Shown here one piece after another: positions 36,876 through 47,054 of a stretch of DNA of 47,054 nt (positions are counted from its first letter, which is position 1; each line of letters begins with the position of its first letter). Source of the stretch: Octopus sinensis (Eukaryota); assembly GCF_006345805.1 (NCBI RefSeq), contig NW_021834579.1, forward strand, positions 1-47,054. The letters run 5' to 3'. A model generated the notes under the pieces. It had not been told where the DNA came from. It did no database searches and worked only from the letters and a program-made list of their open reading frames with translations. The position numbers were made by a program, and so were the translations under genes.

Positions 36876-37552
36876 TTATATATAAAATGAATCAGCAAGT
36901 AAAATTTCAAAATTCATACGAATTGTGACTTACCATCATTACATATCGTATGACAGACGGTAGAAATTCTCTTTCACAACTTTGCTACTATGCTGTAAAA
37001 TATTCAATGTCAAATATATTTATATCATTTTCGTTGTAATGTTGCGCTACCATAGTTGTCTGACCTAGTGTGTACTTACTTTTATTAATAGTTATCTATT
37101 GGAAAAAGTTCAAGATATCACCAATGCTTTGGCAATCGTTTCTAGAAAGGTAATCAAATATGCTGCTCGTGATACAATGTCTATAAAATTATTCTGTTTG
37201 TCATTGCAATCGCGGAATCGTGAGTTATGCTTACATCAATTTCAAATATGGAACAAATTCGAAAACATAATCGAACACAGTAAAGCAAGTTTGGGTGTTA
37301 CGCTTTAAACAATATGAACTACGGAATGAAATTTAAGACGCAATCGAAATCGCTAACATAAACTAAACGAGAAAAAAATTTATCAATTTATACAGCAAAT
37401 ACAAACAAGAAAATTTAGAATGCAAAATAGTAAACACTAGTCCTCTATTATATCAATATTATTAGAAACTTCTTTTTATTTAGTTTCACAAGTTAACAGC
37501 AGAAGTTAAACGCGCTTGGGGATACATTGTTATTATAATTAGTATTATTAAA

Positions 37553-37984
37553 GGAGCGAGCTGAGCGATTCGTTACTGTACCGGACAAAACGCTTAGTGG
37601 TATTTCTTCGACTCTGCTTTCTGAGTTCAAACTCCGCCGCGGTCGATTTCGCCTTTCGCTAAAATAAGTACCAGTTGAGTAGTGGGGTCGATGTTGATCG
37701 ACTTATCTTCTACCCCGAATTTACAGGCCTTGTACCAAAATTTGAAACCATTATCATTAGTATTATTAATGAAGCCAGCTGACAGAATCGCAAGAGCGCC
37801 GAATAAAATATTTTAGCGCCATTTTCTCTGTCTTTACATTCTGAGTTCAGATTCCGCTGGTATCTACTTAGCTTTTTTTCATCCTTTCAGGTCGATAAAA
37901 CAAGTACCAGTTGACCACAGAGGTTGATGTACTCGACTCGCTTCCTCTCCACAAATTTCAAGCCTTCTGCCTATAGTAGAAAGG

Positions 37985-38031
<47 letters not shown>
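37553..38031 (+). mobile_element. Two tandem degenerate SINE family A variants (37553-37752, 37773-37985) with (ATT)n tails
   Basis: Both contain ctgagttca(a/g)a.tccgc...aagtaccagttga...gggtcgatgt/gttgatgt. Confidence 0.8.
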
Positions 38032-38032
<1 letters not shown>

Positions 38033-38565
38033 GAGTGAGAGAGCAGTTCATGCCATCAAAGTGACACTGGGGTAAAATATGCGAAGCCCAGTATACCCAT
38101 CATGACTAGCCATCTGATAAAGGTACACTAGGCACATGTATCACAACCATATGTGAGCAACATGGTGATCTCATATTAGGATAAACAGCACATGACCTTG
38201 CAGGTGGGACCCAGTTAGAATTTTCTTCTGGTCGAGTAACTCATCCCGCTCAGACTGTCCCTGAATAAGGGTTGTTTAAGGATGTTGAACGAAACACCAA
38301 TGTTTCCAGAGGTGAATTATTCAAAGCCCAAAGAATTCCTCTCAACACATGGCTATGATGCTCCCCCACTACTTCTACTCGTGATCAGCGATGCACATAT
38401 CGTCAGCCACTAAGGGACATGCTCAACTGGTTAATGTCAAACAACTGACATGCAAATCTGTGGTACTGAGCAGAATATTTGCTGTAGCCCATCTTTTATA
38501 CCAAGATAAAAACAATGTACATAATAACACTTCCAATCAGTTAAGAGCAGAAGCCATTGCTTGGT
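38032..38565 (-). mobile_element. Probable retroposon or interspersed repeat ending in an (AAT)n tail on the minus strand
   Basis: GC-richer non-coding block abutting an (ATT)n run. Single copy in this window. Resemblance to Octopus repeats is recalled, not verified. Confidence 0.45.
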
Positions 38566-39181
38566 ACTGCATCAGGGTATTGCTTCCGCCATTACGTTCT
38601 GACATTACATTACGTCATATCCATCCGAGATCAACCTTGCCCTTCATCTTTTCGGAGTTGACAAAAATAAAGGAAATGTCAAGTATTGGGGTCAATTATA
38701 TTGACTAAACTCCTCCTTACATTGTGTACCTTGCGTCAAAAATTTTAAAGTATTATTATCATTACTATTCTTCTACTACTCTTACCGATACTCCTACAAC
38801 TGCTACTATTCCTATTGACTGCTGTCTGCGCTATATATCTACTGCACCTAATAACGCAGCTTTTGTAATCTTTATATCTGCTAAAATTCTGGTCTATCTC
38901 GATATTATCTATGTCTTCTTTTATCATTCCCGGTGTATTTATTATTCAGGGAATTGTTTCTATTTTCAGTATTCACATTCTGGTTATTTCTGAATTCGAT
39001 AAATTCTTCAGTTCTTTATTTTGGAGATATGCTTTGCGCCTGTTGGGATTCACGTCTCTTCTTCAACTTATTCAACTCCTGCTCCTACTTCTCTTTACTT
39101 CTTCCTTCGTATGTTATTATGAAGAAATCATCATCATCGTCGTCATCGTCATCATCATCATTACCAATATCATCATCATCA

Positions 39182-39380
39182 TGGCAGAATCATTAGAACC
39201 TTAGACAAAATGCTTCGAGGCGTTTCTTTCTGCTCTACCTCAGAGTTCAAATTCTGCCGAGGTTGCCTTTGCCTTTCATCTATTCACGATCGATAAAATA
39301 AGTACCAAATGAGCACTAGAATCGATGTAATTGATTCACCCACTTCCCAGGAAATGCCAGCCTTGTGCCAAAATTTGAAA
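39182..39380 (+). mobile_element. SINE family A variant followed by (TCA)n(TAG)n
   Basis: cagagttcaaattctgccgaggttgcctttgcctttcatc...gataaaataagtacca...ccttgtgccaaaatttgaaa. Confidence 0.8.
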
Positions 39381-39402
39381 TCATCATCATCATCATCATC
39401 AT

Positions 39403-39439
<37 letters not shown>

Positions 39440-39441
39440 TA

Positions 39442-39741
39442 GGCGGCGAGCTGGCAGAAACGTTAGCACGCCGGGCGAAATGCGTAGCCGTATTTCGTCT
39501 GCCGTTACGTTATGAGTTCAAATTCCACCGAGGTTGACTTTACCTTCCATCCTTTCGGGGTCGATAAATTAAGTACCAGTTTCGCACTGGGGTCGATGTA
39601 ATCGACTTAATCCCTTTGTCTGTCCTTGTTTGTCCTCTCTGTGTTTAGCCCCTTGTGGGTCGTAAAGAAATAGGTATTTCGTCTGCTGCTACGTTCTTAG
39701 TTCAAATTTCGTCGAGGTCGACTTTGCCTTTCATCCTTTCG
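39442..39741 (+). mobile_element. SINE family A, full length plus a partial tandem unit
   Basis: Near-consensus head ggcggcgagctggcagaaacgttagcacgccgggcg. After the tail it restarts at ggtatttcgtctgc. Confidence 0.92.
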
Positions 39742-41661
39742 AGGAAAGCCTGTGTGACAGGAAATAAGATGAACGTGTGATGAAAGGCCTGCGGAAGTTA
39801 CACAGGAAGAAACACCAACAAAGAACTTCACAACCTTTTGTTTGTGTAATAAGTTATTCAACTGAGCAACAGCAGAAACCCAGCCCTGAATGAGGGTTAA
39901 CTTACGCGTAAAAATGTGTGTAAGCTTACCTGTGTATCTGCGCGCCCCATTGTGAATAAATGTTAGTGTGCATGGGCGCGTGTGACTACCTGAATATGCG
40001 AGTCTTTTTGCATGAATTTTTAATCGTTTACAAAATAGGCACATGATAAGTAAACTGGATATCGGTAATATGAGTGCTACTTATTTTCATAGCTTTAGAA
40101 GGATGAACTGTGTGAAGTCATCAGTGTGAATTTGAGTGTGTGTATATGTATGAGTGTGTGTGCCTGTGTGTGACAGGGGTGCAAATCATTGTGTGTAAAT
40201 CATAAATCCGAAAGAGAAGCATACTAAATTATAGAGCAGTAGTTATTTAGAGAATGTTGGTTATGGCGGGTTCACAGGGTTACCCAGATTTTGGCTTTGA
40301 ATATGTGTGTGCGCATGGTTAAATATAACTTCTTAGTAGAGTTCCTTTCTCTTAGGGGAACTCGTTTTGTACATAGACCAGCTTATTAGAGTGAGGACTT
40401 GTTCACAACCAAAATAATGAGATGAATTTTCTCCATGACGAACTTGACTTCCAGTAAAATTACAAATGTTAAACAGAGGAAGAATATTTACAAATTATGC
40501 AATTATATATCTTACAATGAATAGAGTCCTTACTTGGAAGTGTTCTTTGTTTTCTAAGAGTAACTAACACACATACACATATATATATGTATATATGTAT
40601 AGGTATTTATATGTGTGTGTGTGTGTGTGTCACATCTCACTGCCTTGAAAGAAAAAAGCAAGGATGTATTTGGAAATACACCAGATGCACTGTTGCTGAT
40701 TTAAAATGACTGGACGCTCACAGATACAATACCTTTCATCAGAGGTTATTCTGAACTGACCTTGGGTTATACAATAACACATACTCACATACACATAAGT
40801 GTGTGTGTGTGTGTTGTGTGTATATGTATGTGTCTGTGTCGTGATATATGTCTGTATTCGTACGTACGAAGCCTTCTAAATAATCCTTTGTCATTCTAAG
40901 AATGGAAACGCATTATATACAGCTGACTAATCTAATTGTTGTCGAAATGCCAGCAGACACCCCACTCATATATGTTATGATGTATTCTTTCTTATATTTG
41001 GCCATTTCTAATACTTCAAGACTGCTGGAAATTCAGTCGTAGTGCTCTGTGAACTCTCAAAAAAAAAAAAAATTATTAAACTGTTTTCCATGAGTGAACA
41101 TATTTGAGCCAGCATCTATATATACGTACATATATTTGTGTGTGTGTATGTTTATATAAATGGACATGTTTACGCCAAAATATCAAGCGTGTGTTTTTGT
41201 TGAGATAAGAATTTATGAATGGTAGATAACGCCAACAACAGAATTCACAAAAAAATTGCTAATGTGCCGTTATGATAAATCGAAGAGTATGGTAACGAAA
41301 ATAGCACAGAGTCGAGCTGTAAATATTTTGAGAGGAAAATGATATCTTAGAAAAGCAATTATATCTATTATCGGTTTAAAAGATTGCTTAAAGAACTTGT
41401 GAATGTAATTGAATCCAAAGAAGAAAAAAAATTGTATTTATATAAGATAATCATGAATGTCAGTTACAACGCAATTTTACAAGAAATATGGCGACAGACA
41501 ATAAAATGGGTACAACCTGTGTATATATTGGCGTGATGGTGGTCAGTAGTTTTATAGAGATGGAAATGGAAGCATTTTAGATATTATATTTACAAACACT
41601 AACGCCCAAATGTATGCGTATAGGCTCATATAGAATAATACTATAGGTATATAGATAGGGA

Positions 41662-41672
41662 TAGATAAGTTT

Positions 41673-41716
<44 letters not shown>

Positions 41717-41745
41717 CATACATACATACATACATACATACATAC

Positions 41746-41837
<92 letters not shown>

Positions 41838-41841
41838 GTAG
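41662..41841. repeat. (GATA)n(CATA)n(GATA)n microsatellite
   Basis: Directly visible. Confidence 0.97.
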
Positions 41842-42299
41842 ATGCGTGATAGCATGTCGGTCCTCGACGCTTAATGGGATCATTAAAATGCCGTCAGAAA
41901 ATATGACATTTTGGAAAACGACATGCTTGTTGTCGGGAGATGAGAGAGCGGGATAGACACGCGTTTCTGCTTCCATAGGGTTCATTACAACGATAATTGT
42001 TCAACCCAATCGCCATCAACCAAAAGGTGTAGACATGTACAAAGAGAAAAGAACACATTCAGAGTGTTGATAACGCAAATTTCCTAAGCCATTCAAATGC
42101 ACATGGACAATGCGCACGCGTGTGGGTCTGTGTTGAGAGGTTAGCTATAAAATAGAAATAATTCTGAAATATAGAACATACGTCTGATATTGGTATAGAG
42201 AATACTATCATCGTTTCTCTTTTAAAGGCACTTTGAAAACGAAACATGTGGCCATATGTAAGGAATTATTTTTATTTAATGTTACACGTTTGAGTGAAT

Positions 42300-42475
42300 A
42301 TGTATGTGAAAATATATTATATATATTCATATATGTGTATATATATATAAATATATACACACATATATAGATACATATATAAATATATATACACACATAT
42401 ATATATATACACCCACACATATATATATACACACACACATATATATACATATATATATATATAACATATATATAT

Positions 42476-42509
<34 letters not shown>

Positions 42510-42560
42510 CCTATATATACATACATATATATATATATAATATATATATATATACATAAC

Positions 42561-42636
<76 letters not shown>

Positions 42637-42675
42637 ATATATTATATATATATATAATATACACACATATATATA

Positions 42676-42725
<50 letters not shown>

Positions 42726-42800
42726 TCATATATAAAAACACACAGTACACACACACTTATACAAAGAAATAGAGAGTGAGTGAGTGAGTGGGTGTGGGGA
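42300..42800. repeat. Degenerate (TA)/(CA) microsatellite block
   Basis: Directly visible. Confidence 0.92.
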
Positions 42801-43357
42801 GGAGCACTTCAAACAACTCGTGAAGTCTTTATTAGCATTTTAATATTAATAGCTGCCGCTGATGTTTTATTATTGTTTCTTCTGACGCTGCGGGTGCTAC
42901 TACCGCTGCTTCCACTACAACTGCTCTACTGCGCCTACTGCTTCTACTACAGCTTCTAGTTCTGCTGCTTGCTCTACTGCTATTGTTATTCATATAATTG
43001 TTTTTTTGTTGTTGTTGTTTATTCTATCTTCTATAGTTTAAACAATAAGCTGTTTAACGTATTATGAATACTTGATGTTATCAATTATGGTTTCTGAAAG
43101 TGATGAAAGAATCATTTGGAAAATATCTAAGCAATTCTGCTTTGAATTCACATCAAAGAAACTCGACCAAGTGTGTCGATAAAGAAACTGTGTACAACGA
43201 CGGCATAAGAATCGAAGTGTTCGATTAAAGTAGAAGCAGCACCATTTTAAACATAATGAACTTCCTAAATCTTTTATGGTGATACTTTCTTTTTATATCT
43301 GGAAGACAAACATCTATTTTATGCAGTACAACACTGACGGCGTCTTTAGGTATTAGG

Positions 43358-43830
43358 CCACACACACACACACACATACACACACACACATACACACACA
43401 CACACATACACACACACACACATACACACATATACACGCACACATACGTTCATAAACATGTATGTGTATGCATACGTAATATATATACATATATGTGTAT
43501 ATATATCTACACACAAGTATATATATATATTTGTGTTTATATATATATATATATATGTATATATGTGTGTGTATACATATGAATATATGACATATTTATA
43601 CGTATGCATATTAATTGATATTTACCGTATTTATATGTATGTATACATATTAATTAATATATACCGTATTCATGAACATATACATATATATATATATATA
43701 TATATAATATATGTGTGTGTGTGTGTGTGTGTGTTTGCATATACATATGAATATATATATATGTACTTAATGCCATATCATCTAGATATCTTTAAAAATA
43801 TGTTTGTGTGTATATATATATATGTGTGCT
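43358..43830. repeat. (CA)/(TA)/(GT) microsatellite block
   Basis: Directly visible. Confidence 0.9.
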
Positions 43831-44282
43831 TGTTTACTAGACATGACTGAACCTTCTACTTCAAGTGCTGCACGTTTCGTAAAATTATAAGTGTCTGTTG
43901 TTAGTATGCTATCAATAGTTTCGTGCAAATAAATGCGAAATTATTTAGTCGTAGTTTGAATAATACTGGGATTTTCCACCATTTTTGTTGGGTTAAATGC
44001 GAAAGAGTTACCAAACGAGATTTCGAAGACAAATGGGTTAATTAAGAGTGTGAAGGAAAGCAATCATTCAGGGACAATTAGTATTAGTTATTAGTTATTT
44101 GTATGCTTTCCTAACCGGTAGCATTTAAACAAAATTAAAGTTATATACTTTTGTTACAAGCAATATGATGTGAACATGTAGATTGCAAAGTTCCTTCTTC
44201 TGCTGACACAGTGCTTATGATAACGTTATCAGAAGCCACTGCATACATTTACATTACATGTCAACCATCGTAAAGTATTACC

Positions 44283-44510
44283 TTTTAACCTTTAGTTGTT
44301 TCAGTCATCAAACCGCGGCCATGCTGAGGCACTGCCTAGGAAAATTTAAGTCGAACGAACCAACCCATTACTTATTCATTTTCAAAGCCTGATATTTACT
44401 CCATCGGTCTCTTTTGCAGAACCGTTCCATTAATTACGTGGACATAAACACAACACTGATTGTCAAGTACTGGTGAGGGAAAAATAAACAGATACAACAT
44501 ACACACAAAC
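44283..44510 (-). mobile_element. Degenerate SINE family B 3' half
   Basis: ttgtttcagtcatcaaaccgcggccatgctgaggcactgcc...catcggtctcttttgcagaacc...gattgtcaag. Confidence 0.75.
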
Positions 44511-44549
44511 ACATATGTGTGTGTATGTATGTATATATATATAAACAGT

Positions 44550-44866
44550 GAGGGCGCGTGGCTTAGTGGTTAGGGCATTCGGCTCATGATCGTAAGGTTG
44601 TGAGTTCGATTCCCGGCGACGCGTTGTGTCCTTGAGCAAGACACTTTATTCACGTTGCTCCAGTCCACTCAGCTGGCAAAAATGAGTTGTACTTGTATTT
44701 CAAAGGGTCAGCCTTGTCACTCTCTGTGTCAAGCTGATTATACCCGAGAACTACGTTAAGGGTACACGTGTCTGTGGAATGGTCAGCCATTTGCACGTTA
44801 ATTTCACGAGCAAGCTGTTCCGTTGATCGTATCAGCTGGGACCCTCGTCGTCGTAACCGGCGGAGT
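44550..44866 (+). mobile_element. tRNA-derived SINE family C, full length
   Basis: A-box tggcttagtgg, B-box gagttcgattccc, core gtgtccttgagcaagacactt, tail shared with 22262-22430. Confidence 0.9.
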
Positions 44867-44940
44867 CTAAGGATATAAACACAAACATACATATACAGAT
44901 ATATATATACATTATATATATATATATATATAATATATAT

Positions 44941-44974
<34 letters not shown>

Positions 44975-45034
44975 GTGTGTGTGTGTGTGTATATATATGC
45001 ATACATGCATACATACATACATACATATATAAAA

Positions 45035-45450
45035 CAGACTCCTTTCAGTTTCCAACTTCCATGTCCATTAGAAAGTCTTTGGCTGGCTCGAGGCTATCAT
45101 CATCATTGTTCGACCGTGGTCGAGACAATGGAATTTACCATGCTACGCCAGACTTCACGGTCCATCATGGCATTACGGAGGTCCTGTTACTGGATGCCTG
45201 CATCCCTGGAGATTACATCAGGGTAGGAGAGTGTGCGCCCTCTGGTAATGCGAGTAGATGGCTTCCAGAGGAGAAGAGTAGAAATTGCCTCGTTTTCAGC
45301 TCTACAACAATGTCCAGCAAACTGGACTCTCCTACCTTTCACAAGAGGCTATAGTAGAAGACACCTGCTTAAGGTTCCACGCAGTGGGACACAACCCGGA
45401 ACTATGCGGCCGGGGAGCAAACTTCTTACGCTACAGCCACACCTACGCCT
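45035..45450 (-). mobile_element. SINE family B 5' half interrupted by a LINE fragment
   Basis: ctttcagtttcc...gaggctat [insert] gaggctatagtagaagacac...cagccacacctacgcct. Confidence 0.85.
45098..45344 (-). mobile_element. 5'-truncated RTE-clade-like LINE 3' end with (TGA)n tail and 8-bp TSD
   Basis: Translates VKGRRVQFAGHCCRAENEAISTLLLWKPSTRITRGRTLSYPDVISRDAGIQ*QDLRNAMMDREVWRSMVNSIVSTTVEQ*, matching the RTE ORF C-terminus pattern (FAGH..R, LW.P, RGR, M.DR..WR). TSD gaggctat at 45090-45097 and 45345-45352. Confidence 0.88.
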
Positions 45451-46419
45451 ATGGTACAGTTATGCTAAACGTGTTTTTGAAATTTTGACCTCACCCTTGC
45501 ATTTCCTATTAATTCACTGAATGCCTTCGAGGTAAATATATATTCCATGTTGAGTGACAATACTGACTGAGGGTTTTATTTGATGATAATAATTTGGTTA
45601 AAATGTTATTAATTGGCTGAGACGTTAGAGTGTTCAACCGAAGGGCTAACAGTGTTTGATTCTAGTACCTGCATTCTGAGTTCAACTCCTACCGAGGTTA
45701 CGATTTTTGTTTGTTGTTTTTAAAGATATTGTTGCCAATAAAAATGTATCGACCAAGAGCGGTGAACTTGTGGTATCTATCTGGTCCTTTGCATTCTGGT
45801 AGCAATGCTTGTGGTGGGACACTAGCGTCAAGCTATGCCGTTTCTAAAAGAGCAACCTTTCTTTAAACAAGCAGTATGACGGTTGTAGAGTAAAAAGAGA
45901 TCAGAGCATGAGCATATGTCAGTCTTCCACAAAAGCCACTTGCCTAGGTCTGCACATAGACAAGCCTTTGAATAGTCAACACTGACCAACGGAGGCTCTA
46001 ATCTGTATAATCGGAAAATACTTCTCTGCAATGATTTGAAAACTTCATACAAAGATACAACATCACGTTTTCAACAGGAAATCGAAATTCTTACCTTTTA
46101 TCTACTTAACTGGATTCTTAGCCATGTAACTATATAACTTCGTGTACATTTTGTATAATCACATTCATTCAGCTTACAAAGTTTACAAAATGGAAAATAT
46201 CGTTTTCTAAATAGACTTTTCATTACAGTGAAATCTTAAAGTTCAATGTTTGCTAGATTTACTTTAAAAGCTCTTAGACTGTAGCTTTTACCTGTTTGAT
46301 TCTAACATAATTTCGAATTCAAAGAAAAGGAAAAAAAAAAACCTTTTGATGGTAACTGTCCAACATTGAAAGCCAAAACAGCGGAATCAGCGATTTTATG
46401 ACACATAATAGAAGCAAAT

Positions 46420-46948
46420 TGCTTAAAATGCATAGTATGAGGTTCGATGTATTTAAATAATGTGTGTGCGTGTGTATACATGCAGACAATACATATACAG
46501 ACATATGTACATGTATATATACACGTGCATACACATATTTGTGTGTGTCTGTGCATGTGGATTTTGTGGAGTATCTCTGTAGGAGTGTATATGTGTGAGG
46601 CATAAAAACTTTCATAAATGTATGTGTTTGTACGTATGTAAGCAGATATATATATATATATTATATATATATATATATATATACACATATATATACATAT
46701 ATATATATACATATATTTACATATATTTGTATATGTATATATATATGTATACATATATGTATACATATATATGTACATATATAAACACACACACACATGT
46801 ATTTATATAATATATAAAGATATATACATATATACTTATGTTTGTGTAAACATGCTTCAATTGTACTCTGTGTGTGTATGAATACCCATATATCCCTATG
46901 CATTGTACTGTTAGAATAAAACTTCTGCACACACACACACAGCCACAC

Positions 46949-47025
<77 letters not shown>

Positions 47026-47054
47026 CATATATACGACACACACATGCATATATA
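46420..47054. repeat. (TA)/(CA)/(GT) microsatellite mosaic
   Basis: Directly visible. Confidence 0.9.

Noticed and set aside
39760-39880. Minus-strand peptide LLHKQKVVKFFVGVSSC resembling a receptor N-terminal strand
   Set aside because: It would duplicate the segment already matched by the 29438-29548 exon and has no good donor; probably pattern over-reading.
41845-41985. Minus-strand MNPMEAETRVYPALSSP... frame
   Set aside because: Runs straight into a (TATC)n repeat with no consensus donor and no recognisable domain.
44550-44625. tRNA genes here and near 22570-22640, 25468-25540 and 9560-9635
   Set aside because: A/B boxes are present, but each continues into a multi-copy SINE body; no complete cloverleaf was evident.
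45828-46052. 74-aa Cys-rich minus-strand ORF
   Set aside because: Cys spacing matches no known domain I can identify; no supporting context.

Overview
Eukaryotic, AT-rich, repeat-dense genomic DNA. The microsatellite load and tRNA-derived SINE families suggest a coleoid cephalopod, probably Octopus (inference, not tested). Nearly all ORFs in the supplied track are microsatellite translations. Supported content: (1) many tRNA-headed SINE copies in three families, here called A, B and C; (2) a decayed Merlin/ISXO2-like DDE transposase (about 17260-18129, minus); (3) an internally deleted Tc1/mariner element of DD41D (rosa/Visitor) type with 27-bp TIRs (24944-26134), split by a SINE; (4) a mariner-derived MITE with a 17-bp palindromic array (30152-30365); (5) a non-autonomous Helitron-like element (36478-36875); (6) a 5'-truncated RTE-like LINE end nested in a SINE (45098-45344). 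Most notable: a 657-bp inverted repeat pair (4482-5138 and 9753-10409) that looks like a SINE-primed templated duplication. It lies inside an insertion bounded by a target-site duplication, and that insertion splits an 83-codon Myb/SANT-like ORF. Three phase-compatible candidate exons on the minus strand (28819-29548) give a peptide that resembles an ionotropic glutamate receptor N-terminal domain by eye. No CRISPR array, rRNA or genuine tRNA gene was seen. All alignments and translations were done manually.
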